A stretch of DNA of 64,000 nucleotides from the human T2T-CHM13v2.0 reference genome, Homo sapiens. The stretch lies in assembly GCF_009914755.1 (NCBI RefSeq), contig NC_060925.1; one strand, given 5' to 3'. Every line of letters starts with the position of its first letter. Within the stretch, counting starts at the first letter, position 1. A program made the position numbers and the translations under genes. Below are positions 14,536-29,440 of the stretch, piece after piece. The notes beneath the pieces were generated by a model. That model made no database searches. It had not been told where the DNA came from and worked only from the letters and a program-made list of their open reading frames with translations.

Positions 14536-14559
14536 TTTTAGGTTAGGTTAGGTTAGGTT
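14499..14559 (+). repeat. Compound microsatellite (TTTA)~10(TTAGG)4
   Basis: Read directly. Confidence 0.95.
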
Positions 14560-15418
14560 TGCCAGCAAGAACTTCTCACCAATTTGTTTGGCTGGGAAAG
14601 GCATCATTTTAGTTTCATTTTCTATCAATAGTTTTGCTGGTTATATAATTCTGGATCGGCAGTTTTGTTTTTTTTTCTTTCAGCACTCTATCAGCCCACT
14701 GCAGTCCATTCTCAATTGTCTCCAAGGATGAGCAAGCCTTTAATCATGTTGTTTCCCTGTATATGAGTTGTTTTCCTCTTTCTACTTTTGATTGTCTTCA
14801 TCTTGGTGCAGATTGACTATGATGAGTGTAGGTGTAAATCTCTTTGTGTTTATCCTTCCTGAGGTTTGTTAAGGTTCTCAGATCTGTATATTAATGTTTT
14901 TCATCAAATTTGGGAAGTTTTTTGATACTAATTAATTTTTTCTTACATCTTTTTTCTCTTTGTTCTTCATATAATACAATTTCTATTAATTCTTTTTGTG
15001 GTCATGAATCCATTCTTCTGTCATCTCAAATTGGCTGTTGGGCCCACCTAGTCATTTTTTTAAAAAATTTATATTAGTATACTTTTCAAGTATTGAATGT
15101 CTGTTACAAATAATATATATTTCTGTCTTGAGATTTATGCTTTGTGAACTCATTGTTACCATATTTTCCTTTAATTCCTTAAACATAGTTTTCATTAATT
15201 CTCTTAAGATGTAATAACTTTTAAAATCTTTGTTTCTAAAATACAGTATAGAGTACACTTGGACCATTTCTATTGACAGATCTTTTTGTTTCTGAGAATG
15301 GGAATATTTTTCTGTTTCTTTTCATGTCTTATAACTTTGAGTTGAAAATTGGACATTTTAGATAATGAATCACAGTCAACAGCAACCCTGGATTTTTTTT
15401 AGATATGTTTTTCTTTTT

Positions 15419-15884
<466 letters not shown>

Positions 15885-17099
15885 TAAAAATATTATTCAG
15901 TAACTCATCTGGACTTAAACTGCAGAATTCGTCCATTTTTAATTTCAATTTTTTATCTTCGCTTTCTAAAGTTTCCTCCTGTGTCTGTTGCTTAAGGATC
16001 AGCCACTGATTTGAGTAGTGGTTATGCTCAATACCTTTGACAATTGCTCTGTGTGTGGATTGCAGAGTACATTGAAAAGTGCAGCTAGTTTTCACATCTA
16101 CTTTGGCTTTTACTTTTTGCTGGGCTCTCTCAAGTGTCCGCCATGCATGCAAGTGGTTAGTCGCCAAGTCAAGAATGTGTCAAGAGTTTACCTTAGACCT
16201 TATATGGCTCTCTCATTTCCATGATCTACCCATTACATTTCTGGCAGGCTCACTTAATTCCCCAACTGGACTAAAATATTGGCCTATCAGAATCATAAGT
16301 TTTTTCATTTATTTTCTATGAAATTTGTCTCTTAAATGACAGAGCCAAGAGGTTTTGGTCCTATTCCAAATTTAGTCTGTCCCCCCTTTTTTTTCTTTTG
16401 CAGAAAGTCTCTCATTGGTAAAACTGTGGTCTTCATTGACCATTGACTGAGCTGAAGGAATGGGAATAGCCACACACAAGAAAGCCACAGTGTCCTGCTG
16501 TTTTTACCTAAAGCTGTAACAGTTTTCAATAATGTATATGAACTTATCATCTGAGTTTGATCAACCTCCAGTCTTAAAATGGTGTCTTGACAGTTAACCA
16601 AATTTGTTAGTTTATTTTGTGCAGGGAGCATCTGCCTACCTCTTTATGCTGCCACAAAAAGAAATCCTTTCTCCTCATTTTCCTATTGAATCAAATGTTC
16701 AAGTTTTTGTTCTCTTCAATCTGATTCTAACTAATCTAAAGATTGTTTCTAATTAATATATTCAACATATCTGTGGCAGTAATTTTTAAAAATACATAAC
16801 TTCAGAATTTCTAACTGAATTATTTAGCTATATGTAGCCAGAATCTAAGTTGAAATTCTTTTATTTTTTTCTTGTTTATATATGGCAACTCCAAGAGGAC
16901 AAGGAGTGTGTTTTTCTCTCTTCCTTTTTTTTTTTAAAAAAAAAATCAATCTACTCCCAGATATCTGACATATGGTAGATGCTAAATAAATATTTCCTAG
17001 TTGAATAGATGGTTCTTCTGAAAGAAAAGAGTGATTTACAGCATTCTTTAAGTTGTTATCTTATCTGATTCATAAATAAAAGTAATTCAAATTTATAAT

Positions 17100-17609
17100 T
17101 GCTGAGACCAGCTCAGTCGGGAGACCCTAGTCCAGCAGCACTAGAGGAATTAAAGACACACACACAGAAATATAGAGGTGTGAAGTGGGAAATCACGGAT
17201 CTCATAGCCTTCAGAGCTGAGATCCCTGAACAGAGATTTACCCATGTATTTATTAACAGCAAGTCAGTCATTAGCATTTTCTATAGATATTAAATTAACT
17301 AAAAGTATCCCTTATGGGAAATGAAGGGATGGGCTGAATTAAAGGAATAGGTTGGGCTAATTAACTGCAGCAGGAGCATGTCCTTAAGGCACAGATCACT
17401 CATGCTATTGTTTGTGGCTTAAGAATGCCTTTAAGCAGTTTTCCGCCCTGGGCAGACCAGGTGTTCCTTGCCCTCATTCCCGTAAACCCACAACCTTCCA
17501 GCTTGGGCATCAGGGCCATTATGAACATGTTACAGTGCTGCAGAGATTTAGTTTATGGCCAGTTTTGGGGCCAGTTTATGGCCAGATTTTGGGCGGCCTG
17601 CTCCCAACA
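17100..17609 (-). mobile_element. MER9 solo LTR (HERV-K9/HML-3)
   Basis: Minus strand begins TGTTGGGAGCAGGCCGCCCAAAATCTGGCCATAAACTGGCCCCAAAACTGGCC; TG...CA ends; perfect 6-bp TSD TATAAT at 17094-17099 and 17610-17615. Confidence 0.95.
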
Positions 17610-17743
17610 TATAATCACTGTAATTTTTTGTCTCCTGTTTACAACCTCAAGTTTGTGTTCAAATGTCATTCTTCTGGTTTTAGATATCATGTTGTCATGC
17701 TCACTTTGCTCAGGGGTGTTTTCAATTAATTATATGAAGACCG

Positions 17744-18352
17744 TGTGCAGACAGACCCCTTTTGACCCTTACTGTATGACTCCTGCCTCCTGGTGTTCAT
17801 GCCTTTGTGTAATTCTCTCCTATGAGCATGGATGGGACCTGTGATTTGCTTCTAACCAATAGAACATAGCACAGGTGGTAGGATACCCCTCCCATGATTA
17901 TGTTATGTTATATAATACTCTAGCTTGCTTGCTGACTCACTCTAGAGTCTCCTTGCTGGCTTAATGATGTAAGTGGCCATGTTGAAAAGTTTCATATGGC
18001 ATGGTCCTGCAGATGTACTCTAGAAAATACAGATATCCTCTAGAAACTAAAAGCAACCTCTAGCCAATGACAGCAAGAAGTGAGGACCCAATGGTCTTAT
18101 AATTTCAAGGAAATGATTTCTGTCAATAACCTGATTGAGTATGGAAGTAGATTCTTCCCTCATCAACCCTATAGATGAGAACTCAATCTGGCTGACACTG
18201 TGTATAGCCTCATGAGACTCTTAACAGATATTCTAGTTTAGCTACACCTGTACTTCTCACTCACAGAAAAAGTGAAATAATAAATTTATGCTATTTCAAG
18301 CTGCTGCATTTGTAGTGATTTTTTTAATATACAGCAGTAAGTAACTAATGCA
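17744..18352 (+). mobile_element. MLT1E-family MaLR LTR
   Basis: CCTCCTGGTGTTCATGCCTTTGTGTAAT, TTGCTTCTAACCAATAGAA; ends AACTAATGCA. Confidence 0.85.
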
Positions 18353-18724
18353 TCCTACTGCATTCACAATACTGTTGCCTAGAGGTCTCAGTTTCTTGCT
18401 TGCTGTTGGCAGAAGTCCTTGATTTCTTCTTATATACACCCCTTTAAAGGGTTGTTTGAGTGTCCTCATAACATGTGAGGTAGCTTCCCCCAGAGGAAGT
18501 AATCTAAGAGACAGAGGGAGCAAAGAGGAGCTACGATGTCTTTTATAACCTAGTCATTGAAGCCACACTCTGCCACTGCTGCCACATTGTGTTCATTAGA
18601 AGTGAGTCACTAAACCCAACCCACACTCAACAGGAAGGGAATTAAGCATTACCTCCCTGAATGAAAGAATATCAAAGAATCATGAACAAATTTTTTAAAA
18701 AAATCACTGTACTCGTGGAATAAA

Positions 18725-20660
18725 TACATAATTATAGAAAAGTTGCAGGATACAAGGTTAATATAAAGAAATCAATTGTTTTCTTATATACCAGCTATGA
18801 ACAAGTGGAATTTGAAATTAAAACTATAATACCATTTATATTAGTACCCAAAAATTGAAGTACTTAGGAATAAATTAAGCAAAATATGTGTAAAATCTAT
18901 ATGAGGCAAACTGTAGAGCTGATACAAATAAATGAAAGAAGAACTAAATAAATGGAGGGATTTTCCATGTTTGTGGACAGGAAGAATCAATAGTGTCAAG
19001 ATGTAAGTTCTCCCCAGCTTGATCTATAGATTCAATGCAATCCCAATTAAAATATCAGCAAGTTATCTGTGGATATCTACAAACTGATTTTAAAGTTTTT
19101 ATATGGGGAGTCAAAAGACCCAGACTAGTCTATGCAATATTAAATGAAAAGAGCAAAATAGGAGGACTGACACAACCCAACTTCATGACTTAGTATAAAA
19201 GTGCAGAATTCAAGAAAGTGTGATATTGGTGAGAGAATAGACAAATAAATCAATGGAAAAGAATAGAGAGGACAGAAATAGTCCTACATGAATACCATCA
19301 ACCAATCTTGACAAATGAGAAAAGGCAATACAATGGAGAAAAGACAGTCTCTTCAACAAACGCTGCTAGAACAACTGGACATCCACATGCAAAAAAATGA
19401 ATCTAGACACAGACTTTATACCTTTTACAAAAATTAACTCAAAATGAATCATAGACCTAAATGTAAAAGGCAAAACTATAAAACTCCTAGGAGATGACAT
19501 GAGAGAAAATCTTGATACCTTGGGCATAGTGATGACTTTTTAGATAGAACACAAATGGCGTGATAAGCTAGATTTCATTAAAATTAAGAACTTCTCTGTA
19601 AAAGACAGTACCAAGAGACTTAGAAGACCAGCCAAAGATTTGGAGAAAATATTTGCAAAAGACATATCTCATAAAGGTTTTTTAATCCAAAATATACAAA
19701 GAACTCTTAAAACTTAACAATAAGAAAGTGAGCCACCCAGTTAAAAGTGAGCAAAAGACCTAAACAGTCATCTCATAAGCATGTAAAAAGATGCTCCTCA
19801 TTATATGTCATTATGGAAATGTAAATTAAAGCAACAATGAGATGCCACTACATGCCTATTAGAGTGGCCAAAAGTCCAGAATTCTGACAATATCAAAAAT
19901 GCTGGTGAGCAAGGGGAACAGTAGGAGCTCTCATTCACTGCCAGGGGAAAAAGCAAAATGGTGCAACCATTTTGGAAAACAGTTTGGCCATTTCTTACAA
20001 AATTAAGAATATTCTTAACATGTAATCCACCAATTGCACTTTTTGTTGTTTACACAGATGAGTAAAAAAAATGTCCACACAAAAATTTGCACGTGTATGT
20101 CTTTATCAGCTTTATTTATAATTGCCAAAACTTGGAAGCAATTAAGATGCCCCTTAGTAAGTGAATGGATAAATAAACTGTGGTACATCCAGACAATGGA
20201 GTTTTGTTCAGTCCTAAAAAGAAATGAGCATCAAACCATGAAAATATATGGAAGACTCTTTAATGCATATCACTAGGTGAAAGAAGTCATTCTGAAAAGG
20301 CTACAAACTATTATTCCAACTATATGATATTCTAGAAAAGGCAAACCTAAGAAGACTGTAAAAACCATAGGGATTGGGAGTAGAAAGAAATAAATAGGCA
20401 AAGCACAGCGATATTTTAAGCTGGTAAAACTATTTTTGTATGGTACTATAATGGTGGGTATATGTCATCGTGCATCTGTCCAAGTCTATAGAAGGTACAA
20501 CAGCAAGAGTGAACCTTAATGTAAACTACGGACTCTGCAAACTATGGACTCTTAATGTAAACTATAGAAGGTACAACAGCAAGAGTGAACCTTAATGTAA
20601 ACTATGGACTCTGGGTGATAATAATGTGTCCAATAAGGTTCATGGATTATAGTAAATGTG
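18725..20660 (+). mobile_element. L1MC1/2-like ORF2 3' part and 3' UTR
   Basis: AAGTTGCAGGATACAAGGTTAATATA...; diagnostic AAGAGTGAACCTTAATGTAAACTATGGACT. Confidence 0.85.
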
Positions 20661-21272
20661 AAAAGCAAATTTACACCACAGTACACCTGTATCCACAAAT
20701 TATTTACATTCTTCCCACATTCAAAAACATCCAGCCTCTCCCAGGCTCCCTAAGTGTCTGATTCACATTATAACAGCATTTCAAGGTGCAGAATTTTACC
20801 ATCTAATTTAAGTCCAGGGTCAAGTGAAGTTTCTTGGGTATTGTTTATTAAGTACAGCTCCTTGAGTATAGTTCCTCTAAATCTTAAGACTTGTGAGCTT
20901 ATGTCCCATATCCAAATACTACCCAATATACAATTTTAGGAGAGACAAAAGGTAACTGCTATAAATTCATGTTTAAAAAAGGAGAAGATAGGAGGCACCA
21001 GGAAGTCCTGCTTGACACATATTAGAAGACCCTGGATTAGCTCTCAGTCCTGTTGCTGCCCAAGATTGATTCTCTATGTTTCTTGGCTTAAAAGTTTAGA
21101 ATTTCACTTCTGCCTTCCAAGTACTAATTGGTAGCTGTGTTTGCAGCTGTATATTTTTCTGTCTGTTCACTGATGTAAAATTTGTGGAATCAAAAGTCTT
21201 CTTTAAATTTTGTACTATCTCTGGCCCTTTGGAGGTCAGTTGGTATTCTTTCTGCTAATATCACTCTTTTTT

Positions 21273-21475
21273 GTGACTATAGTTGAAAATAATTTATTGC
21301 GTATTTCAAAATAGCTAAGAGTAAATTTTACATGTTCTCATTGCAAAGTTAGGATAAATATTGGAGGTGACAGATACATTAAATAGACTGATTTAATAAT
21401 TCCACGTGTATACATGTATTAAAGGTTCACACTGTACCCTGTAAATACATACTATTATTGTCAATTAAAAAATAG
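21273..21475 (+). mobile_element. L1MA 3' terminal fragment, inside the putative transduced segment
   Basis: GTGACTATAGTT...TATTTCAAAATAGCTAAGAG...TTGTCAATTAAAAAA. Confidence 0.75.
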
Positions 21476-24400
21476 CACTAAATAAAAGAACAAAGTGGCT
21501 GTGCTGTTTTAGTTTCCCAGTGAATATGAATAAAAGAAGGATTATATTGCTCTGCATCCCCTGCTGTCCTTCATATTGAATCTTAGAGTCCATTAAAATA
21601 GATTCTCTCTCCATTTATTTAGATCTTCTTTGATTTCTTTATTTTATTTTATTTTTTGTAAGTTATTGGGGTACAGGTGGTATTTGGTTACATGAGTAAG
21701 TTCTTTAGTGGTTATTTTGGTGCACCCATCACCTGAGCAGTAGACAATGCAACGTATTTGCAGTCTTTTATATGTCGCCCCCCCCCAAGTCTTCCCCCAT
21801 TGGTCCCCAAAGTCCATTGTATCATTCTTATGCCTTTGCATCCTCATAGCTTAGCTCCCACATATCAGTGAGAACATTTGCTGTTTGGTTTTTCATTCCT
21901 GAGTTACTTCGCTTAGAATAAGCCTCTGATCTCATCCAGGTCACTGTGAATGCTATTAATGCATCCCTTTTTATGGCTGAATAGTATTCCATTGTATACA
22001 TATACCACAATTTCTTTATCCATTCGTTGATTGATGGGCATTTGGGTTGGTTCTATGATTTTGCCATTGCAAATTGTGCTGCTATAAATATGCGTGTGCA
22101 AGTATCTTTTTCATATGATGACTTCTTTTCCTCTGGGTAGGTACCCAGAAGTGGAATTGCTGGAACAAATGGTAGTTCTACTTTTAGTTCTTTAAGCAAT
22201 CTCTAGAAGTGTTCCCTGTTCACCACATCCACGCCAACATCTACTGTTTTTTGATTTTTTTTTATTATGTCCATTCTTGCAGGAGTAAGGTGGTATCGCA
22301 TTGTGGTTTTGATTTGCATTTCCCTGATCATTAGTGATGTTGAACATTTTTTCATATATTTGTTGGTCAGTTGTATATCTGTTTTTGAGAATTGTCTATT
22401 CATGTCTTTAGCCCACTTTTTGATGGGATTGTTAGTTTTATTCTTACTAATTCATTTGAGTTCATTGTAGATGCTGCATATTAGTCTTTTGTCAGACGTA
22501 TAGATTATGAAGATTTTCTCCCACTCTGTGGGTTGTCTGTTTACTCTGCTGACTGTTCCTTTGGCTGTGCAAAAGCTCATTAGTTTAATTAAGTCCCAAC
22601 TATTTATCTTTGTTTTTATTGCATTTGTTTTTAGGTTCTTGGTCATGAAATCCTTGCCTCAGCCAATGTCTAGAAGAGTTTTTTCAGTGTTATATTTTAG
22701 AATTTTTATAGTTTCAGGTCTTAGATTTAAGTCCTTAATCCATCTTGAGCTGATTTTTATATAAGGTGAGAGATGAGGATCCAGTTTGAAATTATATCAA
22801 GCACTCTCTCAGACCACAGTGGAATAAAATTGGAAATCAACTCCAAAAGGAACCTTCAGAACCATGCAAATATATGGAAATAAAATAACCTGCTCCTGAA
22901 TGAGCATTGGGTCAAAAAAGAAATCAAGATGAAAATTTAAATATTCTTTGAACTGAACTACAATGATGACACAACCTATCAAAACCTCTGGTGTACAGCA
23001 AAGGCAGTACTAACAGAAAAGTTCATAGCTCTAAACACCTATATCAAAAAGACTTAAAGAGCGCAAACTGACATTCAAAGGCCACACCTCAAGGAACTAG
23101 AGAAACAAGAACAAACCAAACCCAAACAGAACAGAAGAAAGTAAATAACAAAGATCAGAAAAGAACTGAATGAAATTGAAACAAACAAACAAACAAAGAT
23201 ACAAAAGATAAATGAAACAAAAATCTGGTTCTTCGAAAAGATAAATAAAATTGATAGATCATTAGCAAGACTAACCGAGAAGAGAGAAAATCCAAGTAAC
23301 CTCATTAAGAAATGAACAGGAGATATTACAACTGACACCACTGAAATACAAAAGAAAATTTGAGGCTACTATGAACACCTTTACACACAAAAACTAGAAA
23401 ACCTAGAAGAGATGGATCAATTCCTGGAAAAATATAACCCTCCTAGCTTAAATCAGGAAGAATCAGACACCCTGAACAGAGCAATAACAACCAACAGGAT
23501 TGAAATAATAATAAAATTACCAACAATAAAATGTCCAGGACCAGATGTATTCACAGCAGAATTCTACCAGACATCCAAAGAAGCATTGGTACCAATCCTT
23601 TTGACACTATTCCACAAGATAGAGAAATAAGGAACCCTCCCTAATTCATTCTATGAAGCCAGCATCACCCTAATAAAACCAGGAAAGAACATAACGAAAA
23701 GACAAAACTACAGACCGATATCCTTGATGAACATAGATGCTAAAATCCTTAACAAAATACTAGCTAACCGAATCCAACAACATATCAAAAAGATAATCCA
23801 CCACGATCAAGTGGTTTCCATACCAGGGATGCAGGAATGGTTTAACATATGCGAGTCAATGAATGTGACACACCACATAAACAGAATTAAAAAAAAGAAT
23901 GGCATGATCATCTCAATAGATGCAGAAAAAGCATTTGACAAAATCCTACATCCCTTTATGATTAAAACTCTCAGCAAAATCAGCACACAAGGGACATACC
24001 TCAATGTAATAAAAGCCATCTATGACAAACCCACAACCAACATAATACTGAATGGGGAAAAGTTTAAAGCATTCTCTCTGAGAACCGGAAAAATACATGG
24101 ATGCCCACTCTCACCATTCCTCTTCAGTGTTGTACTGGAAGTCCTAGCCAGAGCAATCAGACAAGAGAAAGGAATAAAGGGGGCATCCAAATAGGTAAAG
24201 AGGAAGTCAAACTGTCACTGTTTGCTGACGATATAATCGTTTACCTTGAAAATCCCAAAGACTCCTTCAGAAAGCTCCTAGAACTGATAAAATAATTCAG
24301 CATAGTTTCTGGATACAAAATTAATGTACACAAATCAGTAGCTCTTCTATACTCCAACAGCGACCAAGGTGAGAATCAAATAAAGAACTCAACCTCTTTT

Positions 24401-24494
24401 ACAATAGCTGCAAGAATAAAATACTTAGGAATATACCTAAACAAGGAGGCAAAAGACCTCTACAAGGAGAACTACAAAACACTGCTGAAAACAC

Positions 24495-25680
<1,186 letters not shown>

Positions 25681-28569
25681 AAAGAAATCATAGACGATAT
25701 AAACAAATGGAAACACATCCCATGCTCATGGATGGGTAGAATCAATATTGTGAAAATGTCCATACTGTCAAAAGCAATCTACAAATTCAATGCCATCCTC
25801 ATCAAAATATCATCATAATTATTCACAGAATTAGAAAGAAAAACAATTCTAAAATTCATATGGAACCAAAAAAGAGCCCAAATAGCCAAAGCAAGACTAT
25901 GCAAAAATAACAAATCTGGAGGCATCATACTACATGATTTCAAACTATACTATAAGGCCATGGTCACTAAAACAGCATGGTACTGGTATAAAAATAGGTG
26001 CGTAAGACCAATGGAACAGAATAGAGAACCCAGAAACAAACCCAAATACTTACAGCCAACTGTAAGTATTTTTTGTTTGCTTCAGCAAAGCAAACAAAAA
26101 CATAAAATGGGGAAAGGACACCTTTTTCAACGAATGGTGCTGAGATAATTGGCTAGCCACATGTAGGAGAAAGAAACTGTTTCCTCATCTCTTACTTAAT
26201 ATCATTCTTTTAAAATCTTTGTAGACAACTCTTGAATCTTATTTAAGTTCCCATCACTACTCAATAGCTACACCCAAAAATTGATTTGAGATGAGCTTTT
26301 TCTACTCTGGGCTTCTACGAAGACTGCCAAGGGTAACAGTCCTTAAGCTTCTTAGACTCCCTATTGCTTAACTAAGTGGTTCTTGGCTGTAAATCTTAGG
26401 TCTTTCTGAGGCATTAACAGAGAATTTTACAGTAGCACCTTCTGCTACATCTTTAAGCTTTTCTTTTTTGATAGTGCCCAGGATTTGATCCCATGGTTCA
26501 GAAGCTGTTTTCTTAGTTGTAGTGCTGTTTGTCATCTGAAAAGACTGTAAAATTTCAAAACCATTAGGTCATGCATCCTTTTTGTTTGACAGTTCTTATC
26601 TCTTTCTTCTCACATTTTACTATCAGCAGCATGAAGAAACCAGGTACTTTCAACATTCTACCTTGAAATATTTTTAACTAGATCACCTAGCTCATTAGAT
26701 ACATTTTCTACTTCCTATGTTTGCACAGATATCAGCATTGCTAAACTGTCTGCTACTGCATAGTGGAATGCTTATCCTCTAATTTCCAGTAAAAGTTTCT
26801 TACAATTTTTTTAGCCTGCAGTATAAACTCCTCACGGCCTTCATGCTTCCACAAATGCTCTCCTCAAGGGGATTCACATTCCACTGATAATAATACTCTC
26901 CTCAAAGTTTCCCAGCTTCCTTCTCCTACTCAAGTACCAAAATTAGTATTGTCATCTAGTGCTGAATAACACCAATTGTTCCATAATTTAGCAGCTTAAA
27001 AACAACAGAAAATGTACTATCATTGTTGTATTTTTCAGCACACATGTACATAGAGATCCATGTTGAATTCCTGGAATAGTGTTAGCCTGGTGCTGGAAGA
27101 TGATATTTAAATTGCTTCTGAGGTAGTTGGATTAATTTTAGTCATAACAATATGTGAGCTTTAGTGGATTATTTCCACATCTATTTTATTTAACTGTATC
27201 CACAGGAAACAAGACAGAGAAATGAAAAAAGTGTATGTTTTTTTAAAAAAAAAAAACACAGAACCTGTAGAGAGATGATGGATTATACATAAGTGCAATT
27301 CATTACTTCAAATGTTTTTTTTTAAGTGAGTTGTTCATTATGTTAATATGGATATCAGATTCTTTGTTGACTGAGTCCTACTTATATTTGTTGGAGACCT
27401 AAAAGAAAAGTAATAAGGACTATTTTATAAGAAATAACTTTGCTGTTTATTAAAAAGAATAATAGAGGTTCAACATAGATTGTGTAATTTTGAATTTGGG
27501 CATGATGGATGAGGGTAAGAACAGGACAGCCGAGGGAAGAAATCTCTTAGAAATTGCTTGAGTTTTTTTAGTAATATAAATGATGTGCAACTAATCTAAT
27601 TTAATTAAATTTAGAATCATAACAGACTCCTTTGAAGAGTTAGTGAAATGGTTTTCTTTTGTATGTCTCCATACTGCTGAAATGCAGTACATTAAAATGA
27701 ATAAGAACAATAGATTCAACTAATCTCATCTGCAACTCCATCTGATCAAATGAGAAGATTTTAATTAAACCTGGACTTCTTTCAAAAAGAGGAACTATTG
27801 TAACCATAATTAAGTTGATTTTTCCATAGTGCATAGGTCATGCATTCATTGTTTTGTTGTATTTGCTTCTCCTAGTGCTATATTTTTACCTTTAATATTT
27901 CTGTTTGTATATTGAAAGAAACTATGAATTTTCTATTTTTCTATAACAGGCATTATTCACTGGCCTCAGTGATGATCTCTCTAATGATATTTTGTTTTTA
28001 GAAACTCTGGGGGACGTTTTCTTCCCTAGTCACACTCATGTTTAATCATGCCAGTAAATAAGAAACCATCTCTTGCAAAAAGTCTCTTATAAAATTATAC
28101 AAATAAATGTAAAGCAAATATTAATTCATTATGTTTTATTTTTATGCTATCAAAATTAAAAATAATTAATTATAGATGTTATGTATTACCTTTATTTACT
28201 TGAGAATGTACAGTAAACAAAACTAAAAACCTCATATGTTGCAATTATAGCTGTTTGAATGCCTAATGCATAAATACACAGGAAAATGTTTAATATATAT
28301 GCATTCACTGGATTCATTTATTCCTTAAATGTCCTGGCACATTCTGGTTGGACAAATTATATGTTTTTTTAAGCTCATTAAGTCATTATTGTTTTCAACC
28401 AATACAATTAGTTGAAACAGTAATGACTGCTAATTAAGTCAGGTTTGTCCAAAGACACCTATCTATGAAATAAAAACTCCTAGCGATTGAAATGGTAGTG
28501 TTTGCTAGTCATAATTACTTGATTAGCTAGGGTTCGGTACTCAACAAGGCAATTGTTGTTTCTTTGCCC

Positions 28570-28668
28570 TTTTTAAAAAAATACTTTAAATTCTGGGGTA
28601 CAAGTGCAGGACGTGCAGGTTTGTTACACAAGTATACATGTGTCATGGTGGTTTGCAGCAAACCACCA
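28570..28668 (-). mobile_element. Very short L1PA 3' end
   Basis: ATACTTTAAATTCTGGGGTACAAGTGCAGGACGTGCAGGTTTGTTACA. Confidence 0.85.
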
Positions 28669-28769
28669 CATTCATCATTTTCTTTTTTCTATTTTTTTAT
28701 GCTCTTTTAAAAGGCCCCACATCCCCAACAATTCTTTATAATAAATTCTTATTTTAATAATTCTGGATT

Positions 28770-29440
28770 TTTAATTACTTAAATAAAATTCAGTCTATAA
28801 AATAATATTCATAAAATATATGTACAAAAGACAGTGCATGTGTACCCATCTCATAGCTTTAAGAACAGAATATTGCCTTTTACTTGGCAGTCTCCTATAT
28901 GTTCACCCAAATTCTAATCTTTTATTTCTACCCCCATCCAAAATTCTGTCCTCGTAGTTCTCTTCCTTTCCTTTAGCTTTCTGATGTATTCATGTTTCTT
29001 TATTCTATACAATGATGTTTACTTTTGAAAGGCTTTCATGTTATGATAACTTAATCATACTTTCTAAATTTGTTTACAACTGGCTTTTTTCTATTCAGCC
29101 TTATGTTCTAGGATTTTTCTGTACTTTTTCATGTACCAATAATTTACTCATTTTCACTGCTATATAGTCTTCCAGCATATAAATATACCAAAATTTATTT
29201 ACTTATTATGCTTTTAATGACAAATATATTTTTGTTTACAATTTTCTGCTACTACAAACTGTTGCTATGTATATTCTTGAACAGTTGCCCAGAGGTATAT
29301 GTGCCTAAGTTTGTTTAGGATACATGTATAGGAGTGAATTGCTACATCATAGAATATATTAATATCAACTTTATAGAATGATACTAAATTGTTTTCCAAA
29401 GCAGTTGTACTTCTTAATTTTTGCCAGTATGCCAGTGTAA
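28770..29440 (-). mobile_element. Old L1ME 3' fragment (continues 32670-32770)
   Basis: Degenerate antisense L1 3' UTR/ORF2 motifs, e.g. AAATTGTTTTCCAAAGCAGTTGTAC. Confidence 0.65.

Noticed and set aside
23412-24295. RT-like ORFs as a functional reverse transcriptase gene
   Set aside because: Fragments of L1 ORF2 with stops and frameshifts, in an inverted and truncated copy
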